NCBI GenBank assembly: GCA_018645365.1 | Contig: JABGOP010000006.1 | Location: forward strand, 1-60,731 | DNA from: Candidatus Cloacimonadota bacterium | Lineage (GTDB): Bacteria > Cloacimonadota > Cloacimonadia > Cloacimonadales > TCS61 | Length of the DNA stretch: 60,731 nucleotides | Direction of reading: 5' to 3' | Shown here: positions 49,585-60,032 of the stretch, piece by piece | How positions within the stretch are numbered: the stretch's first letter is position 1 | Layout: every line of letters begins with the position of its first letter | Notes under the pieces: generated by a model | Database searches by the model: none | Told to the model about the DNA's origin: nothing | Seen by the model: the letters and a program-made list of their open reading frames with translations, nothing else | Translations under genes and position numbers: made by a program

Positions 49585-50766
49585 TCAAGAAGATAGTCGA
49601 TATTTTTCATTGTCCAGAAGTTCTCTCAATATTTTGGATGGATTTTTTATTTTAGAAAGTAATATCATCGCAGTGATAATCATCGGTTTCCAGCTTGCCT
49701 GATTGTAGGTATCCCAAATGTTTTTTTCGAAAACATTGTTGCTGACTTCACCATATTTGCAACTTAATCCAGAAATATCAGCTGGAAGTGGGTGCATATA
49801 AAGCGCGTTATTTGTGAGTGCCATTTTTTTTGAATTACATTCCCAATCGATAAATTGAGCATTTTCCAAAAGGCAATCTTGCTCCAATTTTTGTAAACCA
49901 TTTTGGTCGTTAGCATGCAATAAATCTCGTCGTTTTTCCATTACTTTGAATGATGCCCAAGATTTTGGACAAACCACATCAGCATTTTTGAAAGCGTCAT
50001 TCATGTCATTTGAAATGCGGAAATTTCCGCCTGAATTTTTTGCGTTATTTTTGGAAAGTTCAATAACTTCTGGTAAAAGATCATAGCCTTTTGGGTGAGC
50101 TAAAACTACATCGGCTCCAAATCTAGTAAGTAGACCAATCATACCTTGTGCGACGGAAAGTGGTTTTCCATAACTCGGAGAATATGCCCAGCTCATTACG
50201 ATTTTCTTACCCTTAATATTTTCCAAATTTCCAAATCTATCTTTAATTTTTGCTAAATCACTCATACTTTGAGTCGGATGGTCGATGTCGGATTGCAAAT
50301 TTATCACAGTAGGTCGTTGATGCAAAATTTTATTTTCAAAACCAAATTGAACCGCATCTGCTACTTGTCGTTGATATTTATCGCCTTCACCAATGTACAA
50401 ATCATCGCGAATACCAATTACATCTGCCATAAATGAAATCATGTTTGCAGTTTCGCGAACTGTTTCGCCATGTGCAATTTGCGATTTATTTTCGTCTAAA
50501 TCCTGCACATCCAAACCGAGTGCATTACATGCAGATGCAAAACTAAAACGAGTTCTGGTGGAATTATCACGGAAAATTGAGACACCTAACCCGCTTTCGA
50601 AAATTTTAGTAACAATATTATTTTTGTGCATTTTGTTTAATATTTCTGCAACTAACAAAGTTGATTTTATTTCATCGACTGATTTTTCCCAAGTTAACAA
50701 AAAATCTTTCCCGAACATTTTCTGATTTAGTTGTTCTAACTCTTTTATTTTATTTTTTATATCCAT
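49585..50766 (-). CDS. ygeW: Knotted carbamoyltransferase YgeW
   Basis: DFLLTWEK, FRDNSTRT, GIRDD, DHPTQ, WAYSPSYGKPLSV, YMH.LPAD. Confidence 0.93.
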   Translation of the reverse strand: MDIKNKIKELEQLNQKMFGKDFLLTWEKSVDEIKSTLLVAEILNKMHKNNIVTKIFESGLGVSIFRDNSTRTRFSFASACNALGLDVQDLDENKSQIAHGETVRETANMISFMADVIGIRDDLYIGEGDKYQRQVADAVQFGFENKILHQRPTVINLQSDIDHPTQSMSDLAKIKDRFGNLENIKGKKIVMSWAYSPSYGKPLSVAQGMIGLLTRFGADVVLAHPKGYDLLPEVIELSKNNAKNSGGNFRISNDMNDAFKNADVVCPKSWASFKVMEKRRDLLHANDQNGLQKLEQDCLLENAQFIDWECNSKKMALTNNALYMHPLPADISGLSCKYGEVSNNVFEKNIWDTYNQASWKPMIITAMILLSKIKNPSKILRELLDNEKYRLSS

Positions 50767-50777
50767 TCGATATCTCC

Positions 50778-51986
50778 TTATTTATTGTTTAGTTGTGCTA
50801 CAAAAGCAGCATAAAATGCTGCTGCTGCACTCAAATCTGAAATGCGCGTCATTTCGTTTGGTGCGTGTGCTTGATTTTCATCACCAGGTCCCATGCCGAT
50901 ACACTTAATTTCAGCATGTTCGCCCATAATGAATACGCAATTTGTAGAAAATGTCCACTTGTCGATTTTCGGTTTTTTATTGAAAATATTATTGTATGAA
51001 ATTTCCGCATTTTTAAGCCATTTTGAATTTTTTTCTAATTTCCAAGTTGGAAAATATTTTTCAACAGGGTAAGATTTTCCAGTATATGCTTTTTCATTGT
51101 ATTGAAGCACTTTTATAGTTGCATTTGAAATTCTAGCTTTCCGACAACATTCTTCAATTTCCGAAAGAGCAGATACTTTTGTTTCACCAAAAGTTAATCT
51201 GCGGTCTATATGAATTCTAGCGAAATCAGCGACTGCACATTGGCTTGGCGAGTCAGACTCAAAAATAGTAGTTGTAATTGTTCCTTTTCCCAAAAAATCA
51301 TCGTGTTTTAAATGGTCGTTTAACTTCTCGATTTCCAATGCTATTCTTGCCATTTTATAGATGGCATTTTCACCGCGTTCTGGCGCAGAGCCGTGACAAG
51401 AAACACCTTTTACTTCGACACTTATCTCCATTCTACCACGATGACCGCGATAAATGTTTAGACTTGTTGGCTCGGTGCTAACTACTATTTCTGGACGAAT
51501 GTTATCTTCTGCAATTAGATGTTTCCACGCAATTCCGTCACAATCTTCTTCCATTACTGTGCCGGTAAATAAAATGGTAAAATCGTTGTTTAAGTCTAAT
51601 TCTTTAATGATTTTGGCAGCGTAAACCATCGATGCCATTCCACCCAGTTGGTCGGATGCACCGCGTCCCCAAACTTTACCATTTTTGATTATGCCAGCAT
51701 GTGGTGGAAAGTTCCAATTCTCCAAATTTCCAGGATAAACGGTGTCGATGTGGGCATCGAAGGCAATTATTTGTTTTCCGTTGCCGATTTTTCCAATAAT
51801 GCTACCCAGATCATCAATCCGAATTTTGTCAAATCCAATCTTTTCCATTTCGTTTTTAATGACTGCTACCATCTCTTTTTCTTTCATTGAAAAAGATGGT
51901 GTCTGAATCATTTTTGCCAAAAAATCAGCAGTTTCATTTTCGTATTTGAAAGATAATTTTCTGATTTGTTCATAAATGTTTTCCAT
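50778..51986 (-). CDS. ygeY: YgeY-family M20 hydrolase
   Basis: DAHIDTV, GRGASDQ, VMEEDCDG, RGHRGRME, KWTFSTN, AHAPNE. Confidence 0.93.
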   Translation of the reverse strand: MENIYEQIRKLSFKYENETADFLAKMIQTPSFSMKEKEMVAVIKNEMEKIGFDKIRIDDLGSIIGKIGNGKQIIAFDAHIDTVYPGNLENWNFPPHAGIIKNGKVWGRGASDQLGGMASMVYAAKIIKELDLNNDFTILFTGTVMEEDCDGIAWKHLIAEDNIRPEIVVSTEPTSLNIYRGHRGRMEISVEVKGVSCHGSAPERGENAIYKMARIALEIEKLNDHLKHDDFLGKGTITTTIFESDSPSQCAVADFARIHIDRRLTFGETKVSALSEIEECCRKARISNATIKVLQYNEKAYTGKSYPVEKYFPTWKLEKNSKWLKNAEISYNNIFNKKPKIDKWTFSTNCVFIMGEHAEIKCIGMGPGDENQAHAPNEMTRISDLSAAAAFYAAFVAQLNNK

Positions 51987-54900
51987 CTATTCTCCTAAAA
52001 TTAAGTAATTGTAATTATTGAAAACTTGATTGATGAAAATTAGAATATTTTTGTCTTTTAAAGTAGCAATAATTTTTCCATTTTCATTTATATTTGCAGT
52101 GAACTCTCCATTGTTTGTGCGAATTTTTAGCGTATTTTTTTGGGTAAACACAAAGCCATTATTATCACTTTCCCCAAAATCTTTTTCGTTACCAAATAGG
52201 GTGAATTTATCTTTGTATGGTGCACCATCGAATGGACAAAAAGTTGTGCAATTTCCACACTCATTACACAAATAATCAAGATGTAAAATTTGATTTTTAT
52301 CTCTAAAATTATCGTCATAAATTTGAATATTAGCACGATTTGGGCAAACTTCCACACATTTATTGCAAATAAAATTACACTCTAAGCAGCGATTTGATTC
52401 ATTATTTTTTTTGCTAATTTTTTGTAGAACACCCTTTTTTTTTTCGATTTCGCTGAATTGTTTTTTATGGTCAAAATGGTAATTTTTTGTGTCAATTTTT
52501 GTTATTTGTTCTTTTTGAAAAATGCCATTCGCAATTTTTTGAGCATCAGCAATAGCTTTTACGACTGTTGATGCACCACGAAATGCATCACCACCGATAA
52601 AAACATTTTTTACAGCAGTTTCATTGAATTCGTTAACTTCAATTTTACCATCTATTTTGATGCCAAAATTTTTCAAAAATTCGGAATCAACCACTTCGCC
52701 GATAGCTGAAATGACAGAATCAACTGCAAAAACTTCAAATTCATCTTCAATCGGAATCGGCTTTTTTCGTCCGCTTTCATCTGTTTTTCCCAACTTCATT
52801 TTTTGACATTTCAAAATGCCATTTTTGAACGAAATGGGATCGAGTAATTGTTTGAATTCAATGCCATCTTGAAGAGCAAAATCTAATTCTTCTTTGTCGG
52901 CTGGCATTTCGCTAATCGTGCGACGGTAAACGATGTAAACACTATCAATGTTCTTAACTTTTTTGGCAGCCCGTGCTGCATCCATTGCACTGTTTCCACC
53001 ACCAATAATGGCTACATTTTTCCCCAAATTTATAATTGATTTTTTGAAATTCTTTAAAAATGTGATAGCATCGATAATTTTGTTTTGGTCTGTTTCGATG
53101 TTCAATATTCGCGACTTCCCAGTACCAATTGCCAAAATAACATATTTGAAATTTTGTGATTTCAATTCTTCGAGGTTCAAATTTTCGTTACAATTCATCT
53201 CAAATTTTGTGAAATTACGAATGAAATTCACATCATTTTCGATAGCAATTTTTGGAATACGGAATTCTGGAATTATATTGGTAACGGTTCCTCCAATTTT
53301 TTCTGCTTTATCAAAAATGGTTACATCAAATCCATTTTTTCCCAAAAAATAAGCAGAAGAAAGTCCAGCTGGCCCTGCACCAATTACAGCTATTTTCACA
53401 CCGTTTTTCACAGCCGTATTTTGGAAATTTTGGATGAATTTTTGATAGCCATTTTCGGCGGCAATTTTCTTCATTTCACGAATTAAAATTGGTTCTTCAT
53501 AGTCATTACGTACACATTTTATGGTGCAATTGTGGTCGCAAATATAGCCAGTTATAAAGGGAAGTGGATTTTTGGAGATAATTAGTTCAAATGCTTCTTT
53601 AAATCGTTTTTTGCCGACCAATCGGATGTACTCTGGAATATCTTGGTTTATCGGACAGCCAATCTTGCAAGGTGCGATGAAACAATCAAATAGCGGTAGT
53701 TGTTGTGAAATTTTCATCGGTTTTTCAGGTTTAATATCTTTGAAATAATCGCTATTTTCAAGAGCATCATTTGCCAATAAATTCAATTTATTTAAGCTGA
53801 TTGATTCGTTGTTTTGATGTAAATTTGTAAGTTTTTCCGCAATTTGTTTCAAACGCAAATATCCACCCGGTTTGAGTAAGTCAGTTGCCATTGTAATTGG
53901 CTGAATTCCGCATTCCAAAATCTTTTCGGTGTTGAAATAATTTGCACCACCAGAGTATGAAATTGGCAAATTTCCGCTAAATTCGGTAGATAATTTTTCC
54001 GCTAAATTGATGGTGAGTGGAAATAAAGCGCGACCACTCATGTACATTTCATCGGTCGGCAAATAACCCTTTTCATTTGCAACTGCGAGCGTGTTGGACA
54101 GTTTTACTCCAAATTTAACATCACATTTTTTGGCAAAATCTTGTAAATTGTGTAGCATCTGAACTGCCGAATCGTATTGCATATCGTGCGTAAAAGATTC
54201 CTCTTTTAGCTTAATATTTTTAAAACCTAATTTCAGAAAAGCATTTTTCACATATTCGTAACCGTGCAAAGTTGGGTTCAATTTTACGAAAGTGTGCAGT
54301 TTTTTTTCGTGCATTAAATATTTACAAATTATTTCCTGATCTTCTGGTGGACAGCCGTGCATTGTGGAAAGCGTAATTGAATTGGATATTTTTGATGAAA
54401 TGTTTTCGGTAAAAGATGTGTTTGAAATTTTGGGAATTTTTCCATTTTGAATTGCATTTTTCAACTCGTTTTTACATTTTTGGAAAAAACTATTTCCAGA
54501 AGCATCTTTTAGATTTTCGATAAATTTATCTATTTTCGGTGATTTTATTCCCTTCAAATCGTAACCGACACTCATGTTAAAAACAAATGTTGATTTTTTT
54601 GAAAGTCCAAAAATTTCATTGAGAATGTGCAATAAAAACCATGCTTTCACATATTCTTCATAAGCTTGTTGAACGGTTAATTCTGTTGACCATTCGGTGT
54701 TATATCCTTCGTCGGTCGCATCAATACAGGGTTTTTCGATTTCCAGTTTGTCTAAAATTTGAACTGTTTTTAACTCGAAAAATCTGCTTCCAGTCAAAAA
54801 TGCAGCAACGATATTTTGGGTGGACTGAGTATGTGGTCCGGCGGCAGGACCGATTGGAGTGGCACATTTTTCATCAAAAATTTCAAAGTGAGTTTTGTCA

Positions 54901-55013
54901 GATTTAAAGAATTTATTTTTAGGTATGCCAAAAATAGTTTGTTGATTTTTGTGTTCTGCTAAAATCCAATTTAGCAAGGTTTCGAATTTTATCGGTCGCA
55001 TGATGTCACTCAT
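51987..55013 (-). CDS. ygfK: YgfK Fe-S flavoprotein oxidoreductase
   Basis: MSDIMRP, GPAAGPHTQ, TMHGCPP, MYMSGR, GltD-like GAGPAG/GGGNSAMD, C-terminal ferredoxin (CLECNFICNKC, CNECGNC). Confidence 0.95.
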   Translation of the reverse strand: MSDIMRPIKFETLLNWILAEHKNQQTIFGIPKNKFFKSDKTHFEIFDEKCATPIGPAAGPHTQSTQNIVAAFLTGSRFFELKTVQILDKLEIEKPCIDATDEGYNTEWSTELTVQQAYEEYVKAWFLLHILNEIFGLSKKSTFVFNMSVGYDLKGIKSPKIDKFIENLKDASGNSFFQKCKNELKNAIQNGKIPKISNTSFTENISSKISNSITLSTMHGCPPEDQEIICKYLMHEKKLHTFVKLNPTLHGYEYVKNAFLKLGFKNIKLKEESFTHDMQYDSAVQMLHNLQDFAKKCDVKFGVKLSNTLAVANEKGYLPTDEMYMSGRALFPLTINLAEKLSTEFSGNLPISYSGGANYFNTEKILECGIQPITMATDLLKPGGYLRLKQIAEKLTNLHQNNESISLNKLNLLANDALENSDYFKDIKPEKPMKISQQLPLFDCFIAPCKIGCPINQDIPEYIRLVGKKRFKEAFELIISKNPLPFITGYICDHNCTIKCVRNDYEEPILIREMKKIAAENGYQKFIQNFQNTAVKNGVKIAVIGAGPAGLSSAYFLGKNGFDVTIFDKAEKIGGTVTNIIPEFRIPKIAIENDVNFIRNFTKFEMNCNENLNLEELKSQNFKYVILAIGTGKSRILNIETDQNKIIDAITFLKNFKKSIINLGKNVAIIGGGNSAMDAARAAKKVKNIDSVYIVYRRTISEMPADKEELDFALQDGIEFKQLLDPISFKNGILKCQKMKLGKTDESGRKKPIPIEDEFEVFAVDSVISAIGEVVDSEFLKNFGIKIDGKIEVNEFNETAVKNVFIGGDAFRGASTVVKAIADAQKIANGIFQKEQITKIDTKNYHFDHKKQFSEIEKKKGVLQKISKKNNESNRCLECNFICNKCVEVCPNRANIQIYDDNFRDKNQILHLDYLCNECGNCTTFCPFDGAPYKDKFTLFGNEKDFGESDNNGFVFTQKNTLKIRTNNGEFTANINENGKIIATLKDKNILIFINQVFNNYNYLILGE

Positions 55014-56318
55014 TTAATATCTCCCTTTATTTTTTGCAAACCTTGCGAACATTTTTTTGGAAATTTCAGTCGCATTTGCAAAATAATCTTCATAAATATT
55101 TTTTGTAATTTGATAGTTGTCCAATAAAATCTCATTATTTTTTATCACATATTGGCAGCGTGATTCGGAGACACCAAAAATCAGATGACCTAAAAATTGT
55201 TCAGTATTAAAAGGGGTCGTTGGCTCGTAATCAAAAATAGCAATGTCGGCGATTTCACCTTCAAAAATACCGATTTCTAAACCAAATGCATTTTTTAATT
55301 TATAATTATTTAGGAAAAGTGCTTCCATTTCAGGGTAACCAATATCGCAGTTTTTATTCAAATATTTTGTGAAAATCATAGAATTTTTGAGCGCTTTCAT
55401 CGTACTTGAATGCATTCCGTCGGTACCGACAGTTGTCTTGATTTTTGATGAGATAAATTGGGAAATATTGCCAATGTTGAGCCCGTTGTTCATGTTTGAA
55501 TCTACAGCTTGCACGATGAATACATCGCGATTTTGTAGGATAATTAAATCGTTTTTGGTCAAATTACTACAATGAATTAGTAGTGAATTTTTACGAAGCA
55601 ACCCAAAATTATCAAATCGTTCAATTAAGCTTTTCCCATATTTTTTTTGACACTGAATTGCGTCAAATTCATCTTCTGCAATGTGAACATGAATCGGAAA
55701 ATCTTCGGTAGTGTCGGCTATTTTCTGCAAACTTTTATCACTTAATGTGAAAGATGCATGTAACCCGATCATGCCTTGAATTTTTTTTCCTTTTTGCAGT
55801 TTTGCAAAACGAATATTTTCCAGCAATGATTCTTCAAAAAAAAGCTCACCGTTTCTGTCCGAAATTTCAAACGCAACAGTTCCGCTAACTCCGTAATTAT
55901 CAAATACTTCTGCTATATCTGAAAGAGCATTCTGCGTATAACCAGAAATATGATGGTCGAAAATAGTGGTAACGCCGTTTTCAATCGCGTTTTTCATCGC
56001 AATTGCCGTCGATAAAATCATGTCATCTTTGTTTAATGAATGATCGAGTGTCCACCATAAATTTTTCAAATTTCCCAAAAAATTTTGAAAAGGAACATCA
56101 CATGGCACACCTTTTGCAAGAGTGGAATAGATGTGGTGGTGTGCATTCGTTAAAGCTGGGAGAATGATTTTATTTGTGGCGTCAATGACACGGTCTGCTG
56201 TTTGATTTTTTTTTTGAAAAGTTATTTTTCCATTTACGATATAGACGTTTTTTTTCTCAATAATAATTTGATCGTTTTTGGGTAAAATAACATACCCATT
56301 TTGAATTTCATAATTCAT
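55014..56318 (-). CDS. ssnA: SsnA-like amidohydrolase
   Basis: NAHHHIYS, GVTTIFDHH, GLHASFTLSD, HVHIAE, SNMNN, GTDG. Confidence 0.85.
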   Translation of the reverse strand: MNYEIQNGYVILPKNDQIIIEKKNVYIVNGKITFQKKNQTADRVIDATNKIILPALTNAHHHIYSTLAKGVPCDVPFQNFLGNLKNLWWTLDHSLNKDDMILSTAIAMKNAIENGVTTIFDHHISGYTQNALSDIAEVFDNYGVSGTVAFEISDRNGELFFEESLLENIRFAKLQKGKKIQGMIGLHASFTLSDKSLQKIADTTEDFPIHVHIAEDEFDAIQCQKKYGKSLIERFDNFGLLRKNSLLIHCSNLTKNDLIILQNRDVFIVQAVDSNMNNGLNIGNISQFISSKIKTTVGTDGMHSSTMKALKNSMIFTKYLNKNCDIGYPEMEALFLNNYKLKNAFGLEIGIFEGEIADIAIFDYEPTTPFNTEQFLGHLIFGVSESRCQYVIKNNEILLDNYQITKNIYEDYFANATEISKKMFARFAKNKGRY

Positions 56319-56440
56319 AAAGATACTCCTATTTTTAATGTGTATGTGAAGCCTCGTTTAGAAATTCAAAGTAAGTTGCACCTTTCCGTTTAGTTCATTA
56401 AGCACGCAATTTTTTAAGGATGATGTGTCAAGTTAAAACA

Positions 56441-57364
56441 TTATTCTCTGTTTTCTCGGAAATATGCTAAACCCAAAGATTTCGGTAAATTCGAGCGTTT
56501 CCCTCTTAATGAAATGAATAGTAAAAACAGCAAAGTGAAAATGTATGGAATGCTTTTTAAAAGGATAATTGGAAACGCGATGTTAAATTTTTGTAGATTT
56601 AAACCAAGCTGGGTGAGACCACCGAAAAGATAGGCACCACCGTACGCGATGAGTGGATTCCAATTTGCGAAAATTACCAATGCAATCGTAATCCAACCGC
56701 GACCAGCTGTCATCCCTTCTACCCACAATTTGGAATAAGCCACCGAAAGATAGGCACCGCTAATACCGATGAGCATGCCGCCCACGATGGTGGCAATATA
56801 GCGAACTTTAATGACATGAATTCCCATGATTTCACTGGAAAGTGGTTCTTCGCCAGAACTTTTGAGAGCGAGTCCCCATTTAGTTTTTGCAAAAATAAAC
56901 CAGATAACAAAAGGTAAAACATAAGCAAAATAAACCAAAATGTTGTGTTTGAAAAGAATTTCGCCGACGATTGGGATTTTACTTAAAATGGGAATGAAAA
57001 TTGGTTGGATGGAAAATTTTAGTGTTTTGCCGACTAACCCAATTCCAAAAAATGCACTAATTCCAGTGCCAAACATTGTGAGGGCTAGTCCAGAAACTAC
57101 TTGATTTGCTCGAATTGTGATTGTCATAAAAGCATGAATTAATCCCATCAAGCCGCCGATAATTGCTGCTCCTAAAATTGCTAAAAATAAATTTCCAGTA
57201 TGATATGCTACAAAATAGCCGAAAAAAGCACCCATCAGCATCATACCTTCTACACCAAGATTCAAAATTCCAGATCGTTCTGTAATTATTTCACCGATGG
57301 TGGCATACAGGATAATCGTGCCACTTGCGATTGCTGTAAAAAGAATGGTTATTAGGTCTGACAT
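56441..57364 (-). CDS. Nucleoside/purine ABC transporter permease
   Basis: ERSGILNLGVEGMML, GE.P...GI.V, GRGWI.IALV. Confidence 0.92.
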   Translation of the reverse strand: MSDLITILFTAIASGTIILYATIGEIITERSGILNLGVEGMMLMGAFFGYFVAYHTGNLFLAILGAAIIGGLMGLIHAFMTITIRANQVVSGLALTMFGTGISAFFGIGLVGKTLKFSIQPIFIPILSKIPIVGEILFKHNILVYFAYVLPFVIWFIFAKTKWGLALKSSGEEPLSSEIMGIHVIKVRYIATIVGGMLIGISGAYLSVAYSKLWVEGMTAGRGWITIALVIFANWNPLIAYGGAYLFGGLTQLGLNLQKFNIAFPIILLKSIPYIFTLLFLLFISLRGKRSNLPKSLGLAYFRENRE

Positions 57365-58422
57365 TACTTTCTCCTCAAAATTTGAACATTATAATTCTTG
57401 AATAATTCGCCACCTAAAATAGCAAAAAGAATCAAAGATTGAATAATAACACCAACCGCTGCCGGTAAATGCATCACGATTTGAAGTGAATCTACACCTT
57501 TCAATAAAATGCTCAAGAAAAAAGCAAAAAATACAATGACAAATGGGTTCGAACGCGCTAACCATGCTACGATAATGCCAGTATAGCCATAACCGTTTGA
57601 GATGTGTTGGTGCAGTTTGTATTCGATGCCACAAATTTGTCCAACGCCAGCTAAACCTGCAAGTGCGCCACTTATCAAGAAAACGAGAAACATCATTTTT
57701 TTGATTTCTATGCCAGCATATTTGGCGGCTTTCAAACTTGAACCAGTGAGGCGAAGTTTATATCCCATTCTCGTATGATAAATTATAATGTAAAGTAAAA
57801 TAACTAACAAAATTGCAATAATAAAACCAAAATGTACACGCCCAAAATTCAATCTTGGAAATTTTGCTTCAAGCGGAAATTCGGGAGTGTATGGGAAGTT
57901 ATCTTTTCCTTTCCAAGCCCCAAAAAGAAAATAATCGGCTATGTTGATAGCAACATAATTCAAAAGTAAAGTGGAAATAACTTCATTCATTTTAAATTTT
58001 ATTTTGAGTAAAGCTGGGATTGCCGCCCAAACTGCACCGCCAATCATTCCTAAAAGTACCATGATAGTGAGCATTAATGGGCGTGGTAAAACGGGTCCGT
58101 AAATAACGAATGCGGTTGCAAAAATGGCACCGAAAAAGAGCTGACCTTCTGCGCCGATATTCCAAATTTTGCTGTTCAATGCGATGGCTACGGATAAACC
58201 TGTGAAAATCAAAGGAATAGATTTTACCAAAGTTTCCGAAAAACCATAGCGTGACCCAAAAACAGAAGTCAGAATTTTCCAAAATGCCACGAATGGATTG
58301 GCACCATTTAGGGCGATAAAAATGCCAGAAAGTATTAGAGCGAAAGCAATTGCGTATAAATTTATAATGAGCTCTTGCTGTTTTGAAACGCGTTCTTTTT
58401 GTTCCAATTTGATTCTAAACAT
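57364..58422 (-). CDS. Nucleoside/purine ABC transporter permease
   Basis: WNIGAEGQ, NEVISTLLLNY, GYGYTGIIVAWLA. Confidence 0.92.
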   Translation of the reverse strand: MFRIKLEQKERVSKQQELIINLYAIAFALILSGIFIALNGANPFVAFWKILTSVFGSRYGFSETLVKSIPLIFTGLSVAIALNSKIWNIGAEGQLFFGAIFATAFVIYGPVLPRPLMLTIMVLLGMIGGAVWAAIPALLKIKFKMNEVISTLLLNYVAINIADYFLFGAWKGKDNFPYTPEFPLEAKFPRLNFGRVHFGFIIAILLVILLYIIIYHTRMGYKLRLTGSSLKAAKYAGIEIKKMMFLVFLISGALAGLAGVGQICGIEYKLHQHISNGYGYTGIIVAWLARSNPFVIVFFAFFLSILLKGVDSLQIVMHLPAAVGVIIQSLILFAILGGELFKNYNVQILRRK

Positions 58423-58430
58423 CTTTGCTC

Positions 58431-59957
58431 CTAATTTTCCAAGTTTTCGATTTCTTGACCGCTCATCATCAAACCAATTTGTTCGAGAGAGTAGTCACCA
58501 TTATTGAAAAGTCCGGTAAATTTACCTTCACACATCACGGCAATGCGGTCTGAAAGTCCAAAAATCTCATCAAAATCGCCCGAAATTAGAATAATCGCTT
58601 TGCCTTTATTTCGTAAATTTAAAATTGAATTTCGCACAAACTCGGTTGCCCCTACATCTAATCCGCGTGTAGGATAAACGCAAATGTATAAATCACAATC
58701 GCGTTCGATTTCGCGTCCGATAATTAATTTTTGTAGGTTTCCACCCGAAAGTAAGAGTGCTGGCAAGTTGATTCCAGGCATCATAATGTCATATTTTTGA
58801 ATGATTTTTTCGGCGTATTTTTTTAATTTTACATTATTTAAGAGGAGTCCTTTTTTGAATTTTGGCAGTCGGTAAACTTTCATAATTAAATTTTCCCAAA
58901 CTGAACGATTACCTGCCACGCCAACATTTATACGGTCTCCCGGAATGTAGCTGATGCCTTCGTCAATTCTCTTTTTGGGTGAATGTTGAGTGATATCTCT
59001 ATTTTTGAATTTGATGTTTCCACTTCCAACTTTTCTGTTTCCAGTGAGTGCATCCGCTAATTCAATTTGCCCGTTTCCAGTAACGCCAGCAATACTTAAA
59101 ATTTCGCCACCTGCTACATTGAACGATAAATTTTTCACCGCCAAGACGCCATTATTGGAATTTACAAAAAGATTTTCAATTTTCAGGATTTCAGGTATTT
59201 TTTTTGTTTTAGGTAAATTAAAAGTAGTGTTATGTTCTTTTCCAACCATCATTCTGGCAAGTTCATTTGGGGTAGTTTCTTCTTTGTTTACGGTTGCTAT
59301 TTTTTCACCCTTTCGTAGAACTGTGATGGAGTTTGCCACTTGGAAAACTTCCGACATTTTGTGTGTAATGAAGATGATTCCCTTTCCTGAATTGGCAATA
59401 TTTCTTAAAATTTGCATTAAATTATCAGCTTCTTGTTTGGTAAGAACGGTAGTCGGTTCGTCCACGATGAGTACATCAACTTCGCGTACGAGCATTTTGA
59501 GAATTTCCACTTTTTGACGAATACCAATCGGTAATTCATCGACGATTGCATCAAGATTAATGTGGAAATCGAATTGTTTCATATATTTTTGAATTAATAT
59601 TTTTTCGACAGCCACATTGATGATAAATTTGTTTTTGGGATGTCCTAAAATGAGATTTTCAAAAACAGTTAAATTTCCCACCAAGCTGAATCTTTGGTGT
59701 ACCATTCCGATTCCCATTGAAAGTGCATCACCAGGAAAATTTAACACCATTTTTTTGCCTTTGAAAAAAGTGTCGCCTTCATCTGGAAAATAGACGCCAG
59801 TTAGCATGTTCATTAAAGTGGTTTTGCCAGCTCCATTTTCACCTAAAAGTGCTTGAATCTCTCCTTTTCTAAGAGTAAAATTTATTTTATTGTTTACTTT
59901 AATCCCAAAAAAAGACTTGGAAATATTGCGCATTTCTACTAGGAATTCACCAATCAA
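58431..59957 (-). CDS. Nucleoside/sugar ABC transporter ATP-binding protein (two fused NBDs)
   Basis: GENGAGKTT, DEPT, LSGGNLQK, PTRGLDVGA. Confidence 0.93.
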   Translation of the reverse strand: MIGEFLVEMRNISKSFFGIKVNNKINFTLRKGEIQALLGENGAGKTTLMNMLTGVYFPDEGDTFFKGKKMVLNFPGDALSMGIGMVHQRFSLVGNLTVFENLILGHPKNKFIINVAVEKILIQKYMKQFDFHINLDAIVDELPIGIRQKVEILKMLVREVDVLIVDEPTTVLTKQEADNLMQILRNIANSGKGIIFITHKMSEVFQVANSITVLRKGEKIATVNKEETTPNELARMMVGKEHNTTFNLPKTKKIPEILKIENLFVNSNNGVLAVKNLSFNVAGGEILSIAGVTGNGQIELADALTGNRKVGSGNIKFKNRDITQHSPKKRIDEGISYIPGDRINVGVAGNRSVWENLIMKVYRLPKFKKGLLLNNVKLKKYAEKIIQKYDIMMPGINLPALLLSGGNLQKLIIGREIERDCDLYICVYPTRGLDVGATEFVRNSILNLRNKGKAIILISGDFDEIFGLSDRIAVMCEGKFTGLFNNGDYSLEQIGLMMSGQEIENLEN

Positions 59958-59984
59958 GTTGGCTCCTTTTGTGAAATTATTTTG

Positions 59985-60020
59985 AACAAAAAAGCGAGAC
60001 CAGTATTAGCCGATCTCGCT
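59985..60020 (-). terminator. Intra-operon stem-loop/terminator after the substrate-binding-protein gene
   Basis: Minus strand AGCGAGATCGG-ctaata-CTGGTCTCGCT followed by TTTTTGTT. Confidence 0.75.
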
Positions 60021-60032
60021 GTAAAATAAAGC

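Noticed and set aside
51987-55013. Selenate respiration implied by the legacy name 'selenate reductase YgfK'
   Set aside because: Context (ssnA, ygeY, ygeW, xdh) fits purine-ring reduction, and no DMSO-reductase-family selenate reductase is present.
38906-56318. Selenocysteine read-through in the Mo-hydroxylase/YgfK/YgeY genes
   Set aside because: The ORFs appear full length with no internal TGA, and TGA stops coincide with expected C-termini or overlap the next start.
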